The notes under the pieces: model-generated
The model's input: the letters and a program-made list of their open reading frames with translations, nothing else
Databases searched by the model: none
Told to the model about the DNA's origin: nothing
In this document: positions 37,494-50,347 of the stretch, in pieces
Layout: each line of letters starts with the position of its first letter
How positions within the stretch are numbered: position 1 is the stretch's first letter
Assembly: GCF_001194135.2 (NCBI RefSeq)
Contig: NC_068997.1
Location: forward strand, 4,611,502 to 4,675,501
DNA length: 64,000 nucleotides
Direction: 5' to 3'
Source of the DNA: Octopus bimaculoides
Taxonomy: Eukaryota
Position numbers and translations under genes: made by a program

Positions 37494-37610
37494 AAGATTT
37501 GGCTGCTATTTCTTGCACGCCCTGCTACCCTGTAATAGGTATTTTGGATCCTTTATCGCAAATAGCAGTTATGTGGTAGCAGGGTATGCTAGAAATAGCA
37601 GCCAAATCTT
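37494..37610. repeat. Hairpin with 36-bp inverted arms
   Basis: aagatttggctgctatttcttgcacgccctgctacc / ggtagcagggtatgctagaaatagcagccaaatctt. Confidence 0.85.
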
Positions 37611-37727
37611 TGGAAGTGAGATACGTTGAATGCACTCAAAAAATCTATGGAAAAAACTATTTCACATTGAGGTTACAAATGGGTCTTTTACAAAATCGGT
37701 TGATAGAGATCATTTTACTTCATCATC

Positions 37728-38560
37728 ATTATCATCATTTAATGTCTGTTTCCTATGTTGGCATGGGTTGTACAGTTTGACAAGATCCAGCAAGCCACAA
37801 GGTGAACTCCTGTGTCAGCTTTGGTATGTTTTCTATGGCTAGATGCCTTTCCTAACACCAACCACATACAGCATGCAGTGGATGCTTTGTTTTGTGCCAC
37901 TGGCACATGTGGAGTAGCCACATAAGTTCCAAGACAGAAAAAGAATGGTAAAAGGAAAAAGGGGAAAGCCCCCTCCCAGGGGAGAGGTGAGTATTAGGAA
38001 GAAGGGAATGGCTTTATGCCAGGCGCTGAGAGGCTAAAGTATGATAGCAGGATAGCAGAATGAGCACAAGTGTCTTGCTTCAGAGGAAGCACATAGACTC
38101 ATGACTACCCTTCATTATATAAGGATGAGTAATAGTAGCTGGGAAGAAAATAAAGGTGGTAATGATGGGGTGTGAGAGCAAACTCTCAAGGTACAAGAAG
38201 TTGAGCATGAGAAGAGATACAGTCAATAGGTCAGGGGATGCTCACACATGTACTTGCCCACACACACACATGCTTGCCCATACTTACACATATGCACACA
38301 TTATGTTCACATACACACTCATGCTTGCTCACACACACACACACACTTTAGCTACTTATATCATTGTCATCATCATTAACATTTAACGTCCGTTTTCCAT
38401 GCTGGCATGGGTTGGTCAATTTGACAGTAACTGGCATGGCACCAAGTTCCATAGTCAGTTTTTGCTTGATTTCTCTGGCTGGATGCCATTCCTAACACCA
38501 ACACTCCACAGAGAGTACTGGGTGCTTTTTACCCATACCAATGCTTTTCATGTGGCACCT
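37728..38560 (-). mobile_element. Two RTE-tail SINE/LINE 3' fragments
   Basis: tttaatgtc...catgggttg motifs near 37740 and 38385. Confidence 0.65.
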
Positions 38561-40399
38561 TGGTTTTGGGGTCTCAAGATAATAACATACACTTATATAC
38601 ATGTGATGATAACAATAATGACATCTGAGAAACTGACAGGTTTTAAGTTATATTTAACAACTACTCAAAGTCAGTGCTATCTTAAGGCCTGAGCATAGTG
38701 GACAGTTGCCCAAGGACCTCACAGATCAAGCGACCCATGATCCATGGATGCTACAGCATACAATCAATAAATAGCTACTATAAGGCCCAGTCCATTGGTT
38801 TACCCAGTTGCTAAAATGGCTCTGCCTGAAATATCAAGGCCCAATACACTCATTTTCACAGTTTTATTGAAGACATATTTATCTTCTGTTTATAATTGTT
38901 TCTAGAACAGACATAAGGCTTAAAATTTGGAAAAGATGTAGATAGGTGATATTATATCTAATCCAAGCCCAGAAGGATGAAATGCATAGTTACCCTCTTC
39001 AGGATTTGAACTTAGAATATAATACCACCACAAAGCATTTGTTTGATGCTCTACTGAACCCCGTTAATCCACAATGTAATATTTTGTCTTCTATCTCTAA
39101 ATTAGATATTGATTTCTATCAGGTATTAAAACATTATGAAGCAATATGGAAGTGTGGGTATATGGTGGGTTAGGGTAGGGTTGTGTCAGGTGAGAATGTG
39201 TGTGGGGGGAAGTGAGCGGGAGAGGGGTGGAAAAGAAGCTATTATTTAAACACAGCTTTCATTTTCCTTCATAGTTGTTGTCTTAGATAATAATACCAGA
39301 CAGCCAGTAACTTACAGAACTCTAATTGAAATAACAATGAATTATTTATAGGAGATAAGAAAAAAGCCTTTACATAGTTGCTGAACTTGCTAGTAATAGC
39401 AGTCATAGCTCCCTACAAGCACCAATGAAACATAATATAGTGTAATCTGAGCTACATGTAAATAGGTACCATAGACTTTCTAGCCATAACTAGGTACCAT
39501 GCACACTTTAGTAATGTTTCCTACATTTTTTCTATCTCCAAGACACTCAACTGTCAACTGTTCACTTAGCTGTACTTTAGTACTTCATATGGTGCAGTTT
39601 CCTATACTGTGTTCATAACCAAGATACTTAATTGTCAACAGTCCAGTCTATCTAGCTGTATGTAGGTACCATAGTGTGGTATAGTTAACTGTACTGAGTC
39701 TATAATCAAGGTACTTAACTGTCAGTGCCCCATTCCACTACATTGTATGTAAGTACAACAGAATGACATGGTACACTGTATTGAGTGTACATAGCTGTAA
39801 GTAGGTACCACACTTTGGTATAGTACGCTGCATAATGTCATGTACATGAATATTACAGTAGAAGAGACCTGAGAATATAGTGCACACAACATATTAGTGT
39901 TCACAGTTTATTGGTGAGTAAACTGTAATTAATCAATCGATGGGCTGAAATTGATGTCATTTAACATAGTGTAATGTATGTATTTATTGGTGTTGTTAGT
40001 GTTCCAGCCATGACCATCTCATCATTATTTAGGTACACTGTCTAACATATCCTTCTGTTTAGGACTACACTGTCTAACATATCCTTCATCATTGTTGTTT
40101 AGCCTCATTGTGGGTGTTGTTATTTAACACCAGGCCAGCATGGATCATGCAGACCTTTAATCAAAAGTCTTCTAGCCATGCTCAACCATTTTTTTTTTTA
40201 TTCAGATATAGTTTATGTAAAATTATGCTACCCAAAGTATTTCCTATCAGACAACATGGATGAACCTCATTTCTAAACTCATCAAAAATGCCAAAGGTGT
40301 CTTAGCATCTCTGTCTTTTTAAAACTATATATGGCTGTGGTGCATCCACAGTTTGCATCTCAAATCTGAAATTCCCATCTTGTCCAGAATATCAACTTG

Positions 40400-40760
40400 C
40401 TGGAAGCTGTCCTAAGACATGCAACCAAATGAATACTCTCTATCATTGAATATATTGTGTCTCTGGGGACTGACATTCTAAAGTTCAATGTCTAGTACCT
40501 GATTTGACAGGTCTCACAATTATCCACCATTTTTCCTGCAACTTTGTGTATATTTTTAAAAATAAATACCCCTCTTAGTCATGGACATGCTTATAAAATC
40601 AAATAACACCATGGTACCCATGACTTTTGCAAACATTTTTCTTCATACTCAGTATTGTCAAAGCATGGAATAAACTATCTGCATAATTTGTTGGCTGTCA
40701 GGACACTTCATCCTTCGAAAATTCCATGTTTCCCTAGATTTGCCGACACTACTCCTGAAG
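40400..40760 (+). mobile_element. CR1-like LINE 3' remnant
   Basis: aaacattttttcttcatactcagtattgtcaaagcatggaataaacta resembles the FFSxRVVxxWNxLP terminal motif. Confidence 0.5.
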
Positions 40761-42189
40761 TGCCTAGGCACATCTCCTCTTTGTGGTTCTTTTAATGTTC
40801 CCATTTCTGTCATTTTGTGTTTTATTCAGTGTACCAAGCATGTACTTCTTGCTTTTATTGCTGTCTTTCTTTACTGGACTTATATGTCCTCTCTTTTACC
40901 CTTTTCCGATAAGTTGTAGTATACCAGAGTACTATATATAATAAGCTCATTATTATTATATTTGACTGCCACATTGAAGAGAATCCACATGGCTGTCACA
41001 TGTATAGATGTGACAGTACCAACATGTCCACACACCAGATACTGTTGTAGTTGTTTAACTTTAGATCAGTTCTTACAGATCAGAGCTATAATAGAAACAG
41101 TTCCAGCCATGACCACCACCACCACCACCACCATGTTTACATATCAGGGATTACATTGTTGCTATTGTATCATTTATTTCTTTATTAATTTTTTTTTTTT
41201 CGAAAGATGGTGTGATATGACCTTAAGGGAGATATGGCTATTTGTTCCAGCAGGTTGAGCTGCAGTACCAATATGTCTGTGCTAGATAGGATATGTGTTG
41301 ATGAATGAAGACCTCAACATATTCCAGTCTACCATTATTTCTAGATTCTTCTAAAACTTTGATGTCTTCTGATCAAACCATTTATCTCTAAGATAGTGTT
41401 ACAATGGGGAACCTCTTGGGAACAAAATCTAGACCAGACACACAGACAGACAAGCAGACAGATAAACTGAGGCAGATATTTCTTTGTTGTTACTGTTGTT
41501 GATGCTGCTGTTATGCCAATAAACTGGCATACACATACATAATTACATTCATACATAACTACATACATACATACATATATATATATATTTGCATACGTGT
41601 ACACATGCACATAATCTATCCATTGCATGTATACATGCATGCACACTTATCATGTACACACACACACACACACAAACACATACATTGTATGTATGTGTGT
41701 ATGCATGTACTATATATGTGTGTGTGTATTTTATATATTATACACACATTATATGTCTATTGTTATATTATTTATATGATACAGTTTTGATGCCAATCAT
41801 AAGAGAAATGTCTGTTTTGTCTGTGAATCTATCGATTTAACGTTGTCTCTTAAATAATATATTGAATTATTATCATATACACACACACACTACACACACA
41901 AGCAGGCATGTGCACAAACATTCATACATGCAGACACATATACATATGTACATACATGTGTGTGTGTGTGTATTTATATATATATATATATACACACTAC
42001 ACATGCTAATGCATACATACACATATACCTGCTTATACAATCGCATACATCCAAGCATGCATACACACCCATACACACACACACCCCACACACACACATA
42101 CATCCCCACATACACACCCCACACACACAAGAGAATGTCCTAGCCTCTTCCCAAGAGTCACATTGTGGTAGGTAGAACATTCTAGAACA

Positions 42190-42500
42190 GAGTGAGAAAG
42201 AATATATATACAACCAATAAAGCAAAGCATATTGAGATTGCTGGATCAAAAGAATACTGGTGGAACCTTAGAAAACACCAGTGACCAAATTCAAACACAA
42301 CAGATCTGATATTGTTATCTGGGACCATGAATTAAAAGCTTGTTGTTTTAGATGTCAGCAATCCACTTGACATTAATATGAGAGGAATATTGAAAGAAAA
42401 AGAAGACATTTATGGGCCATTGATGAGGAATTTGTCAGTCCAGTACCAAAAATACACTTTCAGTTTTATTACCATTATTTTTAGAGCTGCATAGATGGTG
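42190..42500 (+). mobile_element. R4/REL-type LINE restriction-like endonuclease remnant
   Basis: KEYWWN...KHNRSDIVIWD...DVSNPLD...KEKEDIYGPL...KYTFSF (PD..D-type REL layout, decayed). Confidence 0.75.
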
Positions 42501-43974
42501 GACTGGCAGAATTATTAAGTTTCCAGAAGAATTGCTATGCAGTATTTCTTCTGACTCTTTATGTTCTGAGTGCAAATCTTGATAAGATCAGTTTTGTCTC
42601 TCATCTCAATCCTTGTGCCTTGATTAGAACGCATTATTATTGTAGCAACGTCAGTCAATGACCAACCCATTTGGATTAAGGTATGGTTGAACTTGGATTC
42701 TTGGAGAAAGAACACTGTTACATAACTTCATATGCTACAGATGATCGTGATATCTGGGAACAATAAAAACCTTTAAGATATTCTTAAAATTTAAAGAGTG
42801 AATGTTTATGCAAAAAATGATGAAGAGAACAAAACTTCCTTCATTTCTTAAAAGAAAAAAACTGTATTTGTTTGCAGCTGTAACTGGTGAAAATTGGAAA
42901 GAGAATAAATACATATATATATTTACATCTATCCATCAATATATTTATCTGTCGAGTAAATTATGAGCCAAAGAAAAAAGTTGGGGATGAAATGGTAGTA
43001 GAAAGTCAATGCATTCTGGTGTTAAGGAAAGAAGTGATATTGATGTTTTGGACAGTTGGTCCTTTGTCAAGATAAGATGACAGGAAAGGAGGGTAAAACA
43101 TATAGAAAGAAATGAATGTGTGTGTTTGTGGAAGAAGCAACTGTGCAGCTAATTGTAAAAGAAAGTAGGTGAGAGCAAGTATCCTCTAGCGGAGGCGAAT
43201 GAAGAGAGATGATGGTTAATGTTGGACATTTATTGAAGGAACTATGTATGAGAGAGATAGTAGTGAGTGTGTGTTTGTAGATGTATGTATACATGTTTGT
43301 GTGTGTGTGAGAGGTGTGTGAATATGTGCATATGTATGAGCAACTGGCATTTGTAAGCAAGAGCGGTGGAGATGAAGGGACTGATAATCAAATGCTAGCA
43401 CAATTACAATTAAATGTAATATTGACTGAACAGAATGTTGAGATATTGACATAAAATTACATATAATGAGTTGAAGGAGATATTGGTGTTATGAGATGTA
43501 AGATCAAATAAGATAGGGAAAACATAAGTGTAAACGAGACTTATATACACATGAGTACATTAATCCATACATACATAAAGAGAAATGGACTCACACACAC
43601 ACACACACACACCTATGCACAACAGAGCAGACATAATGATCTGAAAACTAAAGAAGAAATGTTGAATGTTAGTTGTCCAGCTAATGTTTACATAATGTGG
43701 AAAAAAAAGGTGACATCTATAGTGAATTGATAAGATATATGTGGATTTGGACAATAACTTTGGATTTATACCAGTAATTATTAAGGTGCTTGGTTGTGTA
43801 ACTGTCAGAGCATCAGTTGCAACGCCAGAAAGGACACAATATAAAATTATAATTACAATCCACTAACAGAACTGTGAAAATATGTAAAGCATAAGTATAA
43901 CCTGTAGAATGTATATCTGCAGTGGTATACAGATGTGTGTGTATAGATATGTAAGTTGACATGCACATGTATAC

Positions 43975-44145
43975 AAGGCGGTGAGCTGGCAGAAACGTTA
44001 GCACGCCGGGCGAAATTCTTAGCGGTATTTCGTCTGCTGCTACATTCTGAGTTCAAATTCCACCAAGGTCGACTTTGCCTTTCATCCTTTCGGGGTCGAT
44101 TAAATAAGTACCAGTTACGCACTGGGGTCGGTATTATCGACTTAA
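43975..44145 (+). mobile_element. SINE family B
   Basis: aaggcggtgagctggcagaaacgttagcacgccgggcg. Confidence 0.85.
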
Positions 44146-44399
44146 TAGCACATGTATACATATATGCATACAGGAATGGCACCTGGCTGTAGAAAATCTG
44201 CTTCAATAAGCTCTGTTCAACCCATGCACCCATGGAAAAGTTTACATTAAAATTAGATGGAAAATGATTATAACACATATAAATACTTACAAGTACACAT
44301 GCACATATATACATGCATTTATACACTTGTACATAGAGAAAAACCTGGAAAATATGTGTGTGTGCTTATAAAAGTGGTTGCTTGGCAATTAATGTTAGA

Positions 44400-45640
44400 A
44401 AGTAAGTAGGTGAAGTCTAAATGATTTGTTGCAGAGGAGCATGTACACAATGGCTGGCTAATGTCAGATATTTGAAAAGAGTAACATCCTACAAGTAAGG
44501 AACTCTTTAGAAAGTACTCACTTCCTGATGACCCCCCACACAAACTCTAGAATTACAAAACTAGCATATCTTATCCAAAAGGCATGGAAGAGAAACATAC
44601 TGTATACTACAAAAATGGGATCTATTTTAAAACGGGGGCCACATTTTTCATTAATGTTTTACGTAGTGTTTTTGGTACCGAAAGACTTTCAAACTTCGTA
44701 TACTTATCTATTTTGTGTTATAGAACAGAAAAATATTTTTGTATTCGAATTTATTTCATGTAAAAAATTGTCTTATTTCGATAATTTCAACCAATCACTG
44801 ACAAGTATTCAGTTGTTTATATTTACTCCTTTGGCTGATTAAGCGATGTAAAGCGTATTTAATCTCCATACCTTCGTTTTATTTGCTTTTTTCATTTTAA
44901 ATTTGCTTTAACCCTAACCCTAACCCTAGGGTTAGGGTTAGGGTTAATTGTTTCAGAATCGTTTGTTTATGTAGTCGGCACTTAATGTATATCGGCTGAA
45001 TGGACATCAGTGATTGGTTGAAATTACAGAAATACAACAACTTTAACATGGAATAAGTTATGGATTTCTTTTTTTTTTAAGAAGACTAAGAGAAAAAGAT
45101 GTTTTATATGACACATTCTACAAGTGTTCCAAGTTTCAAAGTGTTTCGTTAATGAAAAATGTGGCCCCCGTTTTAAAAAAGATCCCAAAAATGCTATACA
45201 TGGGTATGCTTAAAATAAATTTGAAGATGGCAATAATATTAACACTGGACTTGTAACCATTATATCAAATCTTGAAAATTATGCTTTTGCAATTCAAGTG
45301 CAGGGAGTAGCTATAAAATATCTAATGAGCAAAAGTGGCAGTGAAGCCTTTAAACTTCTAAGATCCTACTCAAGATGTTGATTGTATCATACTTCTATGG
45401 AAGATATCACACATGTGATCAGCGGGTACCCAAAAATGTAATCAAGATACTACCTTCCATTGCAACACGATGTTGCAAAAACAATTTACAATGCCATCTG
45501 CAGAAAAGATTATTCTGGGATAAATATAGACAATGTTCTTGTTAGTGAATACATACATGCATATCAATAAAGAATATTGGTGGAATATTCCTATCAAAAT
45601 TCCTGCTAAGTACAAACATAACGAAGTTGAGATGGGAAAG
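44400..45640 (+). mobile_element. R4/REL-type LINE fragment interrupted by a TIR element
   Basis: YAFAIQVQ...EDITHVISGYPKM.SRYYLPLQHD...KEYWWNIPIKIPAKYKHN. Confidence 0.7.
44618..45185. mobile_element. Second copy (opposite orientation) of the TTAGGG-carrying TIR element
   Basis: TIRs ggatctattttaaaacgggggccac / gtggcccccgttttaaaaaagatcc; TSD caaaaatg at 44610-44617 and 45186-45193; internal homology to 33413-34038. Confidence 0.9.
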
Positions 45641-46464
45641 AAAAAGCTGCCCAGCAGATGGGAATGTTTTTTTCCAAAATCAGAGAAAAGGGGAAACCTG
45701 CAGCTCCTTTACCTTGATTATAAATTTACATTTATACCAGTAATTATTGATGTACTAGGCTAACTTAATAAATGTTGAAGTGACAGTCTGGAAATGCTAA
45801 GATTTTAACAGACTTTACAAATACAAGTGGAATAGTAAAAATATGCAAAAAATTTCTGAAGTTCAACTGTTATCCAAATTCCAAAAACAGAGCTTTGTTT
45901 CTTTGTTAGAAATTAGAAATTAGCTCCTTCATCCTTAGAAGAATTCTAATAATTAAAACACACATACACATACATGTATATTACATATTTACCTATATAC
46001 ATACATATTTGTTAGTAAATATATATGTATGTAACAGTTCTCTCCGATGTTATATTCATTTCAAAAGGAATATTGTGTCTGTGCGTCTGTTTATTTTTGC
46101 AATAAATGTGTGTTTATTTCTTTTACAAAAAGTCAGCTATTTATTAGAGTCTTCAACAACAAGAGACACCAATGTGATTCATAATTTCTTTGTGGGTAAT
46201 CTCAAGATTTATGCACAAAAATATTTGCAGTGCTGAAAAAAAAAAGCTGGGTTTAGTAACAGCATTTTTAACTGATACAGGCAATGGAATTTGACCAAAA
46301 GAAATCTTCATTGAATGTAAAAATACTGTATCCCAAAATCAGCCTAGATATTGGAAAACATGTATAAAACTGCTGTGAACAAAGACAGTAACCAGAAGAT
46401 ATTGCACAAATCTTTCAAAGAAAATGTAACAGTCAAAGCAGGACCAAACTGATATCAGTATTTG

Positions 46465-46890
46465 GGTACTTAAGGTGAACTGACAGGCAATGCTAAGCAG
46501 CATTTTGTCCATCTTTATGTCCTGAGTTCAAATTCTGTCATGGTCAACTTTTCCTTTCATTCTTTCAAGGTTGATAAAATAAGCATCAGTTGACCACTGG
46601 GGTCAATGTAATCAACTTCCTCCCTGAAATTGCTGGCCTTGTGCCAAAATTTTAAACCAGTATTTGGGATATTAAAGGCAACAAACTGGCTGAATTGTTA
46701 GTATGCCAGGCAAGATGATTAACAGCATTTCATCCCTCTTCACATTCTGAGTTCAAATTCTACTGATGTTGACTTTGCCTTTCGTCCTTTTCGGGTCAGT
46801 AAAATAAGTACAAGTTGAGTACTAGGGTTGATGTAATTGTCTTACCCCTTCCCCCAAAATACTGGCCTTGTGCCAAAATTTGAAACAAAC
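46465..46890 (+). mobile_element. Two tandem SINE family B copies
   Basis: Two successive gagttcaaatt...ctttcat/cgtcc...ggccttgtgccaaaattt units. Confidence 0.8.
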
Positions 46891-48233
46891 ATTTGGGATA
46901 CTTGACTTACCTTTAGACAAAATCTACTGCATAGATACTAAGACCAGCAAGATGATGACATCTTCCGCAGAAGTAGCAGTACTGATAGACTCTGTTACAG
47001 AGGTAGTCACAAAGGAAGAGGTTTAGATCAGCCCAGGCAGCTTTTACCTGCTCTGCTGCTGATTGTGGTGGTGGTGGGTCATAGCAGCTGTCATAGTTGT
47101 AGTGTCATTTAGACAATATTTTCTGAATGACAACAAAAAAAAAATATATACAGCCAATAACTCTTGAAGAGAGCAGCCTCTTGCAGGTTGGAAGTCAGTT
47201 CATCAAGAAGAACATATTTCTTGATAATGTTTTATGCAATCACAGAGCTCCCAGACAAGTGTATATCAGTATACTGAAAGATGAGTGGATGAAGGGTTAT
47301 GTATGGGTATGTTTCCTCTAAACTTGAAGATAATGTTGATGTTAAAAGACAGTGTAGTCTTTCTTGGACTCACATGCATTATATCAGAACACATCTAGGT
47401 TATGCTTTTGTGTTGATATATATATAATGGATATGTGTGTCTACGTGGATGCACACAGTCTAGTGATTAGAATATTGGACTCTTGATCATATAGTTTCGC
47501 TTACTTGCTTCATGCTCTTACCTGATGAGGCTGGGGTCATTCCAAGTTAGTTGTCCCAGAAATATCATCATGTGTAAAGCCAACCAGGTCCACCAGCACT
47601 CTCCTGGGTCTGGTCTTGTCATGGCAAGGGGCTTGCATGTTTCAAAGAGCCAAGAAAGCATTACACTCTGGAGCTTTGCTCCTGGTGGGGGCCATCCTAG
47701 GCAGCTCATCTCCCAGGGAGGTTCCAGACTAATGATGACTTACAGCATGTTAGCTGGTTGCCAAGATGGCAGCCACATCCTCTAACTATTCAGTGGAGGA
47801 CCAGCAACCCACCCTGAAGAACCCTCAACCTGTTATGACACTGACCAGAAGAATAATGATCATATGGTCATGGTTTCAATCTCCGAACTGAGTGGCTTAT
47901 TGTGTCCTTAAGCAAAACACCTCATTTCATGTAGCTCCAGTCTTCTCACCGAAAACAAACACAGCCAACTGCCAGTGTAATCCATCCTCTTTGTTGCATC
48001 ATTTTTGTTAGAAGAACCAAGTGTGTGTCTATGTCTGCTCCCAACTACATAGGTATCTGAAAGCATAGTACAAGCTACCAGGTCATACTTGCAAGTGAGG
48101 GCTAAAATTACACATACACACATGTATATACACAATTGCCATGCACATGGTTTCCACCTACCGAATATACTCACGAGGCATTGGTCAGCCCAGGGCAATT
48201 GTAGAAGACTCTTGTCCATTGTGCTCTGTAATA

Positions 48234-48275
<42 letters not shown>

Positions 48276-49286
48276 GTGTGTGTGTTACTGTAGATTTTAG
48301 TATACTCAGTACTGGTTAACTGTCATTCTCTTCATTTATTGTTCTTTGCTGACTCTTTGTTGTGTGCTGTATGTGTGTGTGTCAGCTTGTAAATGTCCAG
48401 AAATGTTGTGGTAGTAGCAGTGTGCCTGTGCAATATTAGATGTGTAGAAGATAAGGGAGAGTTGTTGTCCAATGTGGTTATAGTTGAGGATGTGCAAATG
48501 TTGTATGTTTGTCTTTGTTTCTATATGCATTTGATTTCCTCAAAATTATGTGTATATAAATTGTGTGTATTGATGCATTCGTTGAGAAAAAATAAGAGGG
48601 GTATGTGAGATACAGAGAAAGTGAAGGAACCACATACATAGGGGAGGGAATACACACACACACACACACACAGACACACACTGACATATATAATATCGTG
48701 AGGTCTCAGAATCGATCCCATTGTGTGACATCTTGGGTACGTATCTTTTACTCTAACTTCGGCTCAACCAAAGTCCTGGGAGAGAAATTGGATTAAAAGA
48801 AACTGGAAACTTGTCAGATGGGTTGCAGCTGCAATTACCACACTGATTTCTCTTAAGAAATGCATTAAGTGGTACACAAGTATCTATGGAATACTCAACT
48901 TCTTATATACTTATTCAATGAGCAGATAGGTTAATTGAACGACTGAATTTTCATCATTTATACTGTCAACAAAAGCAGTATAAATATTGTGGGAACATGA
49001 ATCATCACCATTTTCTTTTCCCTTTTAAAATCATATGATACAAAATTTTAGATGCCTACTTCATTGGAAATTTCACAAACCCTCAGATGTCAATTTTCCT
49101 AGGTCAAAGTATACTTTTCTGCATTGTGATTGTCTTTACGGAACATTGTCCTGATCCAGAGTCATGATCTTCGGATGTTCTTCCCAATTTGAAATTTGGG
49201 TACCACTAGTGATATTGTACATGTATCAATAAATCCTCCCCATTGGCCAGTTTACAACAATAGCAAGGTTTTTGTAAAATTTATTG

Positions 49287-49417
49287 TGGACCATATGGTT
49301 CTGGGTTCAGTCCCACTGCATGGCACCTTGCGCAAGTGTCTTCTTCTATAGCCTCAGGCTGACCAAAGCCATGTGAGTGGATTTGGTAGACGGGAGCCAA
49401 AAGAAGCCTGTTGTGTA

Positions 49418-49455
<38 letters not shown>

Positions 49456-49685
49456 TATGTATGTCTCATTGTATATGTGTTTGTCCCCCACTACCACTTG
49501 ACAATGGTGTTGGTGTGTTTAAATCCCTGTAACTTAGCAGTTCAACAAAAAGACTGATAGAATAAGCATCAGACTTTACAAAAAATAATAAGTACTGGGG
49601 TCAATTCGTTCAACTAAAATTCTTTAAGGCAGTGCCCCAGCATGGCTGCAGTCTAATGAATAAAACAAGAAAAAGATAAAAAGAA
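49287..49685 (+). mobile_element. SINE family A
   Basis: Head from accatatggttctgggttcagtccc to tail aaacaagaaaaagataa. Confidence 0.8.
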
Positions 49686-50304
49686 ACAGAATTTTACACA
49701 AATGTGTTGTTCTTCCAAAATCTCCTTTGTTTAATTTACAACAAATCGTTAAGTGCATTAGACATGCGTTAACACTAGCATCGCTAGCTGACTGACATAG
49801 CTTGATGTGGCTATTGCTAGCCTAAAGATCAAGTTCACTCATTTATAGCACTGCAGTTGTGAGTATGCTGTGTCAGCTGGTTGGTGCATGGTTTCTTCAT
49901 GGACAGACATCATACGATGTCAGCTAAAATCATTGTGGTATATAATGACATTGAAATCAAACACTTTTAACGCACCAGTAATTTATATATATATATATAT
50001 ATATATATATNNNNNNNNNNNNNNNNNNNNNNNNNNNNNNNNNNNNNNNNNNNNNNNNNNNNNNNNNNNNNNNNNNNNNNNNNNNNNNNNNNNNNNNNNN
50101 NNNNNNNNNCACACACACACACACAAATACATATATATAAGTAGCCAGCTATTTTGCTATTTAACTATGTTTGCTTGTTTATCAGTCTATCTATTTGTTT
50201 ATATATAACCTCTACCCGGATGTAGATCTACCCAGTAGATAAACAACACGTTATTACTCCAAATCTACGTGTCTTATGTACACATACATATATACATATA
50301 CATC

Positions 50305-50347
<43 letters not shown>

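Noticed and set aside
47485-47580. ctgatgaggc...cccagaaa (plus) and catgaagc...gcgaaac (minus) hammerhead-like strings
   Set aside because: Stems I and III cannot be formed convincingly and core spacing is wrong
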